A DNA stretch of 63,588 bases, the filler included, from Rhabdomonas costata (lineage: Eukaryota): assembly GCA_019059605.1 (NCBI GenBank). It is 40 parts of 40 records of this genome, joined end to end, with 100 filler letters (N's around TTAATTAATTAA, not from the genome) between each part and the next. Parts side by side here need not be neighbours in the genome. Positions count along the whole stretch, not along the records: positions 36,622 to 38,113 come from JAHMHO010014595.1; positions 38,214 to 39,705 come from JAHMHO010014596.1; positions 39,806 to 41,293 come from JAHMHO010014597.1; positions 41,394 to 42,885 come from JAHMHO010014598.1; positions 42,986 to 44,477 come from JAHMHO010014599.1; positions 44,578 to 46,069 come from JAHMHO010014600.1; positions 46,170 to 47,661 come from JAHMHO010014601.1; positions 47,762 to 49,253 come from JAHMHO010014602.1; 32 more parts are not named here. One strand, 5' to 3'. A program made the position numbers and the translations under genes. Below the pieces are notes generated by a model. It had not been told where the DNA came from and ran no database searches. It worked only from the letters and a program-made list of their open reading frames with translations. Positions 37,050 to 49,429 of the stretch are shown here, piece after piece; within the stretch, counting starts at the first letter, position 1; every line of letters starts with the position of its first letter.

Positions 37050-38844
37050 GCAAGACTTACCCACCTTGTTCTTTTGCCCTTGCTTAACGTGAACCCTGCA
37101 ACATCTTCACAGGCAAACACCCACCCCAACCTTAGGCCAAAACGCCCAGCATCTACCTCTGACAGGGAAACCCAAAATGTCCTTCGTGTTCTTCTGTGTT
37201 GTATTTTCGATTTGACAGCAAAGCAGCATGAGCATCAGCCTCAGCGACGAGCTGAATCCCTCATTTCTAAAGGCCATATTTTTTCTCGGTGATTGACCTC
37301 CGTTTGTTTTCCCTCCTTTCCACTCTCGTTTGCGCTGGCAGGGGGTGGGTGGGTGGAAGTCGCATAGCAATGTTCTCGCCGAGCGCACGTGCCTGAGTAC
37401 TCGCACGTCTGCAGGTATAGAGAACAGAGAGCAAAAGGTTTTACAGGCCAGCTGGGATAAGGCTGCAGGGCTGAGGCATTGCTCTGCGGTCAGACCAGGC
37501 TGCCCACATGAGTCCACTTTTGGTTACTTTGGTGTTTTCTTTCCATCTTTTTGGTTTTTTATGGATTTTCTCTTTTATTTTGACTGGCTGCCAATAGAAA
37601 CGATTGCTCCTTTGCTCTTACTTTCGTTTTCTTCACTTAAGTCTCTTGTTCTCATCGCAAGGGTTTTCATTCTGGCATGGCGTTTGATCTCTTTTGGGAC
37701 TTGATTTTTGGTATCTTTGCTTGCCTTTCTTTTCTCGCTGCTCTGCGGGTCATCCAGGTGGGCCTGCTCTGCCACTTTAGTATGACCTTGTTGTATCGGC
37801 TTTGACTCAAACGCGTTCGCATCTCAGAAACAAGTGTCGGAGCCTACGGGAAATTGGGGGGGGGGGCTCTTTTGAAGCTAAACGTCATGTCTTTCCCTTA
37901 ACGGAGAAACGCTGGACGCACCCCTCCCCTCCCAAATGCAACAGTCCCGCTGGAATTGGAATACGGTGATGTATTGTCCATATTATAATTATTATGGCTT
38001 TGATGAGTTAGTCGGTTACTTCTCGGCCTCCAGGTCCATGTCTTTGCTGAGATGTAACCGACTAACTCATCAAAGCCATAATAATTATAATATGGACAAT
38101 ACATCACCGTATTNNNNNNNNNNNNNNNNNNNNNNNNNNNNNNNNNNNNNNNNNNNNTTAATTAATTAANNNNNNNNNNNNNNNNNNNNNNNNNNNNNNN
38201 NNNNNNNNNNNNNTGTGTGTGTTTCGGGCTTTGACTGAATTTTCGGATTTGCTCCGCGTCAGATCAAAAGCGAAAATTCAGTCAAAGCCCGAAACATACA
38301 TGGAAAAACGCCCCTTTTGAGCTGTTAGGCAGTGAAAAGTATGGTTTTATACCACGTTTTCGCTCTGAAAGTTCAAAATCGTAAACTTTAATGTATACAG
38401 CGAGCGAAATTCTCATGAGGTGACGCGAGCAATTTAAGTGCAGAGATCTGCTGGTCCGAAGATTCCCCCCTCCCCCGTGTGAGGTCCTGTGTAAGGTAAG
38501 GTTAGGTATACAGTTTCATTGGCTGTCTTACTTATCACGATTCCGTGGCGTTAAACGGTGAGTTTCTTCAGAAACTCAGAGAACAGGGGAACACTTTCCA
38601 CGGCAATGGTTGCGCACAAAGCCAACGTTCAAATTTCTAAGACAACGCAAAAGGGGCGGGCGGGAGGGCTGCGGATGTGTCGACACAAAAGAACGCAGCT
38701 GCGAGAAAGCAACAGTACCAAAGCTTGCGTCTCTTTTGCAAAAGAGCATTCAGCTCCGTGTGAATCCATCCATGCCACCCATCCATCCACCACCCCCACG
38801 GCGAAGGCATGTCTGTGTATGTGTGCTTCTGTGGGGGGGTGCAG

Positions 38845-39632
38845 GTCCTGGATGTTCTAGAGGGAGTGGTGCTGCTGTGTCGGCCCCTGCCCTGCCCGCT
38901 GCACTGCGTCACAGCTGGCGCCCTGGGCACGGTGGCCTACGCCGGAGGTTCACCCCTAACCCGAGGGAAACAGCTAAACCTCCCACTCCCACTCCCACTC
39001 CCAGCGACAAGCACAATCAGATTAGTAAATACAAAAAGCGTTGCGCTCAACACAGCCCTCAGTTCGAGGGAACCGTTCTTTTGGTAATTCCCACGTTATC
39101 TCATTTCGAGGAAGGTGGTTGATAAAAGCAGTCCTGAAGCTGATGAAATGTTTCGTTTTGAATGTTCAGCGCGCATTGCTTGGATTTCTTTTTTCTTGAG
39201 CGCTATAGGACCCTCCGTGCGAGCACCCAGGCTGCGCGCGTCTTAGGTTAGGGGCAGCTTTTCTTTCGTTCCATGGTCGCTCTCCATAACGTGTGTGTTT
39301 GTGTGTGTGCGTATGTGTTTCTGTCTTTACATCGCACAAACATACACAAACACGAACAAACAGGCACAACTGTCCCTAAGTCAAAGAAGAAAGCTCGCCC
39401 TACTGCAAACCCGAAGTCCTGCCTCTGCTTCAGCGCAGGAGCACGGATGTCCTTCACGACGGCTGTCGATGTATGGGTTTGTATCTGTGTGTAACTTTCA
39501 GTGGAGTGTGTCGGTCGTGTGCTTTCTCGTAGGGACGGATGGGAAGATATACGAGGTGCCCTTGTACCCCTCGGGCCGTGCGGCGGCCCCCAGTGGAGCC
39601 GAGGAGGAGGCCCGCTCCTTCGAGGGCCACCG
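38845..39632 (+). CDS. WD40 protein, WDR18/IPI3-like, two exons
   Basis: Exons 38845-38947 and 39533-39632 join in frame: VLDVLEGVVLL...CVTAGALGTVAYAG|GTDGKIYEVPLY...RSFEGH. Confidence 0.6.
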
Positions 39633-39968
39633 GTGTTCCCTGTTTGTGGCTGTGGGTATTCTGTCGAAAACCATGTTTACAGTGATTGAGATAGCCCCCA
39701 ACAACNNNNNNNNNNNNNNNNNNNNNNNNNNNNNNNNNNNNNNNNNNNNTTAATTAATTAANNNNNNNNNNNNNNNNNNNNNNNNNNNNNNNNNNNNNNN
39801 NNNNNGGGTTGTTGGTCAACAATGCCAGCATTACAATTCGCTATAATTCGCAGCGCAGTTCAGCATGTGGTCAAAGACTCACCATTCACCATTTATTACT
39901 TGGGTGCAGGGATGGATGTCAGTAGAAACAGCAGTGTATTGTGTGTATTGTGTGTATTGTTCCCGCAG

Positions 39969-40079
39969 GTTCGTGGCCTTCCAGAGTCCCAGCAGTTGTA
40001 CCACAAAGCACAAGCTCAGAGGATTCTAGCCGCCCGTCGAGTGCTACAAAGCTATGGTTACTTTGATCCCAAAGATTAG
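39969..40079 (+). CDS. Putative terminal exon, unknown protein
   Basis: ttcccgcag| acceptor followed by VRGLPESQQLYHKAQAQRILAARRVLQSYGYFDPKD*. Confidence 0.35.
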   Translation, partial: VRGLPESQQLYHKAQAQRILAARRVLQSYGYFDPKD

Positions 40080-41769
40080 TGACATGATGCTCTGACGGGT
40101 GGTTCTGTGAAAGACACGTTTCTTCTTGTGTGTTTGTCCCTTGTTCATTACGAAGATGAAGTAGAAGTCTCTGTCTGATCTCTTTCCTTTTTGGAACGGA
40201 CGAAGTCGCCGTTAGTCTGCAGCCGAATTAGTCTTACTTCTTGAAAAAGGAAGGTACGGATGCTGGCTGCGTTGCGTGCGTCTTTCCAAAGCAGTGGGTT
40301 CTTCAAAACGCATGGAGTGCGGACACCAATGGCACAATGCGCCGAATGCGACGGAATGATTTAGAAGCTGTTGTGCGCTTCAGCAGAAGTGCGGGTCTCT
40401 TATAGCTTCTGGAAACGGAAGCCACATGTTGAAAGACACAAGGAAGAGGCAAATCACCGCACCCTGAAACACTTTTTTGAATAATGTTTCCGTCATGCGG
40501 TCATGGAGGAAATTGTGGTTGACTTGAGACTTGTCAACTCCACGGTGAGAACTGGGCTTCAGTTTGTGTATACATGTTTGCCTTGTTAATTTGCCAAGAT
40601 TTCTTCTTGCCTTGGTCCAAAGGGTCTCTTTCTTGTTTGCGGGTTGTTTGGTCTATTTTTCTCTGAAAACGGCTGCCCTTTCGCGCTGACTTAATCCACT
40701 TGCCCATTTGTTCAGAACAGAACGGACACAGACAACTACTGCGAAAACAGCGTGAGCATTTGAGGTATCAGCAGCCAACAATGGCTTTAATACCCCGGAG
40801 CTTTTGTAGATTCGCACCCGCGGGAGAATCCCGTTTCAGTGATATTAAATATTTGATTCGAACCTCTCTATGCGCAATGGCTGCTGACATTTAACTCGGC
40901 TTTCTGTTGCTTTCATTTCCCCATATTCCCTTTTTTCGTTCGTTCCTGCTATGATTCTCCGGTGATTCCCCGTGGCGCTGTGGGGTGCACGTGCGTTTTT
41001 ACGGTTTGTGCTGGGGGCCATTCCCGCGCCTTTGAAGGCCATGTGTATGCGTTCCCGTTCCGTTCCGTTCGGGTGTTGAGGTCTTGTATGCATCGCTTTG
41101 CGCGCTTTAAGTGGCAATCTTGGTCCCTTTTTTTTTGGCCGACGTCCAACATAGTGCTACAGCAAAAAACGGAGGCGGGCGCTAAGACGCGAGCACCAGA
41201 AAAACACGAGAGCACGACAAAAACAGAATGATAAAAGCTTTGGAGATGAAGGGGTGCATGACGGGAAAAACCAAACCAAACTCACCTAACACANNNNNNN
41301 NNNNNNNNNNNNNNNNNNNNNNNNNNNNNNNNNNNNNTTAATTAATTAANNNNNNNNNNNNNNNNNNNNNNNNNNNNNNNNNNNNNNNNNNNNGGGGGTG
41401 TGTTGGCGTACCTCGAACAGGGTTTCTTTGGAAAGTCGACCTTCCGCATCTCCAAAGACTTCGAAGGCCTTCTGAGCACCTGAAACCAGGCGATCGAGCA
41501 GACCATTCCCCCAATGTCAGAAAAATAGGCCCCAAGACTGTCCCACGGCTCTTTTTCTGAGCTCTTGTCATCCTTTTTGTCCTTCCTCTTCCTTTGTCGA
41601 CAGCTGACTCTCTCCAGAGCCAGGGAAAGCAGAATGCTATGACCGTCCGCAGTGATACACTCTGTATTCAAGGATGGAAAAACTTATGGGCACCCCCCCC
41701 CCCGATTAATCCTGGGCATCCTGTTTTCAGGATGCAGATAAATGGAGATGTTGGGCAAACACCTCGAAC

Positions 41770-42455
41770 GTTCTGCGGGTCGATGCAGAGGAAGTGCAAC
41801 AGCTGCGGGTAGGGAAGGCTTTCGAAGGGGATGAGGGTGGCCTTGTGCGGGTCGGGCACCTCCGGCAGCGGGGGCTGGGACGCCGAGGGCTTCACTTTGC
41901 CCTTCCCCGCCGGCTGTGTGACGTAAGTGGCATGTACAATCACGGTGCCCCATCGCGTGCAAAAGGAACCCTAATATGTGTAATGTGTAATGAGAATGTC
42001 ATAATGTGGGTCTTGAACCAGGGGCATTCCAGCATGAGACAATCCCAACTATGGTTCCGAACGCCACTAATGCCCAATGAAATAAACAAGCGAGACAAAT
42101 ACCGCATGAACAGGAACCTTGACTCATTGGTGTCTGGCTCAGTGTACAGCATACAATCCTTAGCACCAACCATGCACATTCAGCATTTCACGGCGGCCAA
42201 TCAGACACTGGGAACAATCGAAGCACCGAACGGATGCGGGCCCATAATTTAGCTTCGAACAAAAACAACACGAGACGGGGTTGCGGACTGTGACTGTGGG
42301 TGTGAGGCGGAGCAGCGCAACGGAACCTTGGTGTCCTGTGTTTCGGAGGGCTCGGGGAGCTCAGGTGGGCAGCAGAAGATTGCCCACAGCAACGACTTCA
42401 GGTGGAACTCCGGGGGCCGCCTGCCCTCCGTGACTTCAAACCAGAACGGCACACT
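41770..42455 (-). CDS. Two exons of an unknown protein (weak SPEF2 C-terminal-like pattern)
   Basis: Exons 42455-42327 and 41913-41770, both phase 0 with AG/GT boundaries: SVPFWFEVTEGRRPPEFHLKSLLWAIFCC...K|PAGKGK...LPYPQLLHFLCIDPQN. Confidence 0.5.
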
Positions 42456-43105
42456 CTGTGGTGTGGCACGGAAGAGGAAAATTATAGAGGTGAACCATCC
42501 TCCGCTCAATAAGGAAAGCGTCGAGGAAAGGAAGGGGGGGGGAATGGAATGGAATGGAATGGAAATGAATGAAAAACGCCCACGGACATGCGCATCGCAA
42601 CCTAACCCCAGCCAAGCTTCTATTCGGGGTCGTTGTCATAGGGGCGCAAAACACAGTTGAACGGGGTGTGGGTGGCTGTGGGGAACACAATTGCGACAGC
42701 ATCAGTCCCAGATCCAAACCGTCAGCGTAATAATCATAATTTCGGGACGGTGGAGATGGCCACTCTGCTTGACTCTGCCAAGTGACATAGGCTTCCCGAA
42801 CAACAAGGAATCCCAGGTGCCCACATTTTTTCTTGAGAAGTGCACGCACGAGATAGGAACTGTGTACGCGGTGAAGAGTGCTTGCNNNNNNNNNNNNNNN
42901 NNNNNNNNNNNNNNNNNNNNNNNNNNNNNTTAATTAATTAANNNNNNNNNNNNNNNNNNNNNNNNNNNNNNNNNNNNNNNNNNNNGTTTTTGTGGAGTGC
43001 GCTGAATCAGGTCCCATCTTTTTATCGTGTGCACACCGCCCGCTGGTGGCATGCACACCCAAGACCCCATGGATCCCTTTTCCCCTTTTCCCTTTGGGAC
43101 CCCAG

Positions 43106-43333
43106 GGCGAGACCTCGGGCAGCAGCGGAGACGAGGCGCTGGCGGCCTCGGAGGCGGTGGCAGCGCAGCTCCACGCCTTGGAGGCTAAGGTGGGGGCTCT
43201 GCAGCGCGCGCTGTCCGAGAAGGATCGCCTGTTGGCCGGACAGGCCGAGCTCTCTCAGTCCATCCGAAGGGCCCAGCAGCTGCAGCAGCAGCAGCAGCAG
43301 CAGAGCCTCGCGACTTCCGCCGAGGCTGTGCAG
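43106..43333 (+). CDS. Internal exon of a coiled-coil protein with a poly-Q tract
   Basis: Boundaries cccag|GGC...CAG|gtgggg, 228 nt. Contains AQLHALEAKVGALQRALSEKDRLL...QQLQQQQQQQS. Confidence 0.6.
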
Positions 43334-45148
43334 GTGGGGTCACTCCCTCCCTCTCTCCCTCCCTCCTTCACACACGCAGACCCAAACACTTACTTGATCT
43401 TTCAACCTTCTTGCTCTTGAATCACTGTCGGGGCTTGTTGGTTGGTGGTATTACTGGGGCTCTACAATTAAGGCCCCTCCCCCCTTCCTAGGCCGACAAG
43501 ATGAATGAGGGAAGAATGAGCGAGAGAATGGACCACAAAATCCGTCGGGAGTGGAGGAGAATGGGACTTGCCAAAGGGCAGACCATGGAAGAGAATGTCA
43601 TGCGAGAAAAAGAGTGAATTTGATCGAAATTGATAGAATTGCTGGAGGAACTGGTGGAAGGCGCGGATGTGATCTAAAGGGGTTTTTTTGTGGAAATATG
43701 CAAATGCGTGAGAATGATTCTTCATGGAAGTGCACAAAAGACTGGAGCATCATTGGGATATTAACAGAGCTGAGACTTCTGTGTTCTGAGCGGCCACAAC
43801 ACTATCACTATCCACTAGCGGCTAGGGTGAGCCAAAGCCCTGGGAATGAATGTGGCCGTGTGTAGTTGAAAAGGACGAGGTATTGTTTTGTTAGTTGTTT
43901 GTATGTATTGTTTGCGTGAAGGCTGTGGATTATGTTAAAATGGGTGAAGTCATGATGGGTGAAGTCAGAAGAGCACAAGGGTGGCTAGGAGGGTGGTGGC
44001 AAAAACTTTGTATGCTTGAGATGGGGACGAGGGGCATGAATGCGGCCACGACAAAACCCAGTAGGGATGAAAGCGACAATAGGGGCAAAGGCCCAACGGG
44101 CACCCCGATGATACCAGCCCTGGTCCGACCCAAGCGGGGGCATTGGGCACCCCATTGGGGACAGCACAGAGATCTCAAACATGAACAACGAGAAAACCCA
44201 GACAGGAATTCGAGCACCAGGGCGTCAGGAACACGAAACTGGCGGGCACCGGCAATAGATGCACCAAAGGACCAGGAACTTGCTCGCAAGGGCGCGGGAG
44301 ACGCGAACCTCCAGTGCCGTCATGTTTCTCCCCGTAGCTCCTCGAAGCTATTTTTTTTACGCCATGGCAGGCGCACGCGCCAAGCCGCGGGCCCAAAAGA
44401 CCACACAACACGACAAGGAAAACACGGGGTCAGCCACAACCACACTGGAAAAGCGACGACGATACACAAAAACAAACNNNNNNNNNNNNNNNNNNNNNNN
44501 NNNNNNNNNNNNNNNNNNNNNTTAATTAATTAANNNNNNNNNNNNNNNNNNNNNNNNNNNNNNNNNNNNNNNNNNNNGTTTTGGTGTGGATGGGCGGTTT
44601 GGTCTAGCAAAAGGGGTTTCCAATTAAATTCCTTTAGTTTTAGTCTATTGCGGTTTTGGTGGTAAATTTCAAAACATGCCGGTAGGGTCAAGTGGCCAAA
44701 AGGTACGCGGGGGAAAAGCGGTACCAAAGGAAACCAACAGCGGGAAGAAAAGCACGAAAAACACAACGGGTATTGGGAAGGGAAATGACAGTAGCAACAG
44801 AGAAGGGGGAATGGCCAGAACGGGGGATTTTGGCCAAAAAGGGAAATTTTGGTTAGGGGGAAAATGTGGGTGAAGGTAGGTGTTGTGGGGGCACGTGTTT
44901 CCGGGCAAGAGGTGACCCCCGGCCGGCGGGAGAAAGAATCGGTTTCTGACATTAGGAGGACCGTCCAGCATGGGCGTTCCATTTCCAAGCTTTTACACCC
45001 CTTTTACACTCCATTCTCGTTTTTTTGGTGGTTACAATATGTGTTTTTTTTTTGGTTCCTTCTAAAGGTTTTGTTTTTGGTAACGGGAAAGAGAGGAAGT
45101 TTCAACTAAATTTCTACCGAATCAGGAACGCACCTTGCAAAGTAAGTA

Positions 45149-45226
45149 TCCGCAAACCGGGACCTGAGCCCAGGTCTTCTGCTTTCGAGGCTCAAACAGT
45201 TCACCGTTTTCAGCCGCTAAGCGGGA
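45149..45226 (-). pseudogene. Degenerate tRNA-like sequence (tRNA pseudogene or tRNA-derived SINE head)
   Basis: The minus strand reads TCCCGCTTAGCGGCTGAAAACGGTGAACTGTTTGAGCCTCGAAAGCAGAAGACCTGGGCTCAGGTCCCGGTTTGCGGA. It has tRNA length, a T-arm-like CTGGG-N7-CCCGG and partial acceptor pairing CCGC/GCGG, but the T-loop lacks TTC. Confidence 0.35.
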
Positions 45227-45796
45227 GTGTTGAGATGTCACGGGATTTATTGAACGGATTATTTCAAGCAAGGAATTTATCCATTAAAATGGTAACCTCT
45301 GGCAACGACAAAAAGAGCAAGCACAAAGCGAACACGAATGGCTGGTAGTCGTGAAAAAACCGTCAACAGGGGAGGGCCGGATCAACGACCTCGGGACCCA
45401 GGCCCACGGTGCAGATAATGGTGGAAGAGGTGGAGGCAGGCGTGCTGAGTCCTTCACTGAGGAACCTCGAAGACATGGAGCTTCTCCATGTCGTAAGCCG
45501 TGCAACCAACCTTCCGACCGTCATCCGTAAAGCACACTCCGGTCAGAAGACTGTCCTTAACCAGCCGATGCCCCACGTGTGTTACCTGCGCGGGGACCAC
45601 AACTCCACAAGCGAGTTTCGTAAATAACATGAGCACAACGTTCTTTTTCCTCTGAAAAACCACCCGCTTGCGCTGGTTCTGAGAACGCTGGGTCTGTTCA
45701 CAGTGTGGTCACATTAAAAACAAATTCTAAAATCGTTGCTGCACACCGGCGTGCAGGTGGGGACGGTGTGCCTATAGTTCTTTCTCTTTTCAGTTT

Positions 45797-46069
45797 GCAG
45801 GCCTGCAAAGGACCAAAAAGGGCCCTTGCACGCTGTGTAAAGGCAAAAAGGGCTCAAAATTACGCCAAAAAGGCCCTGAAATGGCCTCTAGCGTAGCTCT
45901 AAACCGAATCATTCCGGCTCACTCCGGTGCCAGCATGAAATACTCCTGGGCTCTACCCTTAAGTATATAAGCAGGCCCGGCCAAATGCTTAGGCTCAGCA
46001 TGCAGGCCTGTTCAGGGCCAAAAAGGGCTGCGTAAAGGCAAAAAGGGTTCAAAAATAACCCAAAAAATA
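45797..46069 (+). repeat. Diverged direct repeat units rich in CAAAAAGGG
   Basis: gcaggcctg..ccaaaaaggg..gtaaaggcaaaaaggg.tcaaaa occurs at ~45797 and again at ~46002. Confidence 0.7.
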
Positions 46070-46338
46070 NNNNNNNNNNNNNNNNNNNNNNNNNNNNNNN
46101 NNNNNNNNNNNNNTTAATTAATTAANNNNNNNNNNNNNNNNNNNNNNNNNNNNNNNNNNNNNNNNNNNNAGTGCGAAGAGCAAGCTTTAGGTTTTGTATT
46201 TCTTTCCCTTTGTGAGCTTTCGCTTCACTTCAGAAGCTTTCCTTTGAAGTAGGAGCCGGTGGTGTACTTCTATATGGTCAGGCACTGCAAACTTAGAAGG
46301 GCTGACCGCCCGGAACAACATCTCCTGGTTTTTTCCAG

Positions 46339-46723
46339 CACGTCCCGCACCTCGAGGGGAAGCCTCCGGCGCCCGTTGCAGTGCCTTGGCGACCTCTTCG
46401 TCCTGGAGCGGGACGAGCGAGGCGGGCGGTGGATCGGCCCTGTGCCGACCATTGGGTCGGCACCCGAGCCTCGCGCAGGGTCCGCGGTGGTCGCGCTGCA
46501 GGACTCTCTGCTTCTGCACGGAGGGTTCGGAGGGGTTTCCCTCGACGGGGCTGAGCCTCGGGTGCTCGCCGACGTGCACCAGCTCTGCCTGCGCACTCTG
46601 GAGTGGAGGGAGGTTGTAGTGGGTGGGGAGATCCCCGCACTGGGGCGCTTCCTGCATAGCGCCGTGGTGATGCCCTCCTCTGTGGAGCAGCCCGGAGGTT
46701 CCAAGAAGGGGCCTGGCTCTGGA
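46339..46723 (+). CDS. Kelch-repeat (beta-propeller) protein exon
   Basis: ttttccag| acceptor. LGDLFVL...W...G.APEPRAGSAVVALQDSLLLHGGFGG...LADVHQLCLRTLEW...G.IP..GRFLHSAVV. Confidence 0.85.
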
Positions 46724-47115
46724 GTGAGGTAATACGACGCCGATTCGTTTGCCGATTCTCAGACGATGAATGGCAATTGAAAGAGAGATACGAAGGTGAG
46801 AATGGAGAGATTAGTTGGCGTTTGGACCGAACCGCGGGCTTAATCTGCTGGCGGGACAATGACGTCCGCAGCACCCATCAGGGAGAAGAATAGATGCGGT
46901 GCTTGTGCACTGGGCATCACTGTGCTCTGCAAGACAGGTGTCGGAAGAGTCATACAATAATAAGACGGTTGTTGTGTATCTTTCTGAAGTGTGTGACTGT
47001 TTTCGAGTTAGTTTCCAAACACGCAAGCGCGTGCGAAGACAAGAAAATCAAAGGGGGACTTCTTAAGCGAAACAAACCTGCACATGACAGCAACAGTGAA
47101 TACTCAGGCACAGTT

Positions 47116-47177
47116 GGTTTTTGTCCCCGATCCACACACAAGAACTATACAAAATAAGGTCACCCCTTTCTCCGCTC
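47116..47177 (+). repeat. Dispersed repeat, copy 1
   Basis: ggtttttgtccccgatccacacacaag...ggtcacccctttctccgctc aligns to the reverse complement of 50955-51017 on a different contig. Confidence 0.75.
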
Positions 47178-48019
47178 GACCTCCTTGAATCCTATCCACG
47201 TCCCTACCCACGTCCACGTTGCAGTGTATACCAGTGTTAATCCCCATGGGGCTGCTCTGCAATGGAATGGATTAAGGGTTGGTGGGCGTGAAGGTCCCTC
47301 ACGTATTCACATCTTTGGTAGGTCCAGGTTACTTTGATGGGCTTGAACGGAGCCACCCATGGTAAAAAAAAGTCCCCCCTCCCACACCCACACACCCGAA
47401 AGAAGAAGACGGTGCAGTTGCTGTTAGGTCTGGCAGGGTCCTTTCTCCACCCCTTCACCCTTCTTGCGGCTGGATTCCCCCATTGTTGTGCGCTTGTTGC
47501 AGCAACTGCTGCTTTGACGTGGTGCTGGTGGGAGGCTACGCAGTACCCATTGCGGCGGAAGGCCTGGCGCCCTGCGCGCGGTCTTTGGAGGCAGCGGCGA
47601 GGGCGATGCAGCGGGGCTACCCTCGGCTGTTGCTTGGGCTGGGCTGCACCCAACCACACACNNNNNNNNNNNNNNNNNNNNNNNNNNNNNNNNNNNNNNN
47701 NNNNNTTAATTAATTAANNNNNNNNNNNNNNNNNNNNNNNNNNNNNNNNNNNNNNNNNNNNTGTTGTTGTGCTTTTTCTACAGCTTTTATTACGTTGCAG
47801 TATGTCTATATATTGGTTGCTGATGTTTGTGATGTTTTTTTGCGGAAGAAGACCGCAGTTGAGGGTTTGTTCACTCGTGAGCCGAACATCCAGATGAGGA
47901 CGGAAGCATCATGGAAGCATCATGCACCCCGATCGGCGAGTGCCCAACCTGCCCAAGACACATGCCACATACACTCAAACGCAAGGCCTTGCCACCACCA
48001 ATACCAATGCTTCCGCCAG

Positions 48020-49080
48020 GACATCGAGCTTGGTAATGCTCTTCCCCACGAAGTGCTGTTCAAGTTCGAGATGTGGGTGGCCTGCCTGAACCCCACGGAC
48101 ACCGTGCAGGCCGTGGTTACGGTGCACGACGAGGGCGGGCCTGACGCCACTCCGCTGTACTGCTTCGACTCAGGGCCGCGCAACTCCCGCAGGTTTCCCC
48201 ACTAACCCCCACCCATCCACCGCCGCCTAGGCTCTGTGGTCACCGTCGAAGGTTTCGTGGGAAAGTGCACTGCAGAGCTGACCTTGTTATGCAATCTCAT
48301 AAGAAGCAAAAACAAAACGAACGCGTAAAGTTGAATCATAACGCATGCATGAATTTTCCTTGGAGATGGAAGATTTGCCTCCGGGGTACCGCGCCAGAAG
48401 TTTAGCTTCCTGCAAAGATACGCGAGCGTTTGCAGAAATATTGCTTGTTTCACCTCAAAGGTGAGACATGACAAACGTTGCACGTTTCAAAACGTGTTTG
48501 AATGTGATGCCCCTCTGTCGGTTTTGTTTAGTGTGAATAGACTGCGTGCCATTGTAAACCCAAAACACAATGGCCCAAAATGGCACAACGGCACACTGGC
48601 CCAAAAGGCGCAAAGGCGCAAAGCACTGTTTCGAATGTTTTTCACGTTTTATGTAAAGACTGTGTTTGTGTTTGAAGGCAATCGCTCTTGTGGTATACAT
48701 TTTTTCAAAGTACTGTTTGCCAGAAGAATTCTTACTTCAGATGTAACGATCCAGTTTGGAGATGAACCGGACGCTGTGTAGGGGCATCACCAAACAAAAA
48801 GACAGGCGGTGGCTGATATGTAGGGACAAAATGTTGCAGAAAGGTTGATTGGTCCTTGATGGTGGGAGGGAGGAGGATAGAGGGTGGTGGCTTCGGCAGG
48901 ACGTGGATGTGCGTCAGCGAGTACTTCGCGCTTCCCCTACGCGCTGCATGGGCACGAGTGCGGCTGGTGGCGCGGCGGGTGGGCCACCCGCTGATCAACG
49001 GCGCGTGCTTCGACGACCTCTACCTGGGGCCTGTCTCTACAGCCACCGCCCTGGCAGCCCCAGGGGCGCCCCCGGAACGG
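48020..49080 (+). CDS. Galactose-binding-like (CBM/FBA-type jelly-roll) domain exons
   Basis: Exons 48020-48192 and 48900-49080 join in frame: DIELG...FEMWVACLNPTDTVQAVVTVHDEGG...FDSGPRNSR|RTWMCVSEYFALP...RVRLVARR...NGACFDDLYL. Confidence 0.55.
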
Positions 49081-49429
49081 GTACGCCCCTCTTGGATGCC
49101 TGCTCGTTTATGCTGGCTCAGCAAAGATCCCTGTAGTGCCGCTTTTGTTGTGAGGATGAGCTGCAATCGGATGATGGGTGAAAATAATGAAACAAAACGG
49201 CTGAAAGTGATGTTGCGTGCGGGTCGTGATTGCAGCTCATCCTCACAACACCCNNNNNNNNNNNNNNNNNNNNNNNNNNNNNNNNNNNNNNNNNNNNTTA
49301 ATTAATTAANNNNNNNNNNNNNNNNNNNNNNNNNNNNNNNNNNNNNNNNNNNNCTTTTATGTGTTTCTCACGGCTCTTCAATTCCGCACGTGCACCTCTT
49401 CCTCTGTGTCGTTTTCCTTTTGGTTTCTG

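Noticed and set aside
45370-45627. Possible terminal exon (VQIMVEEVEAGVLSPSLRNLEDMELL...)
   Set aside because: Weak acceptor context and no recognisable domain.
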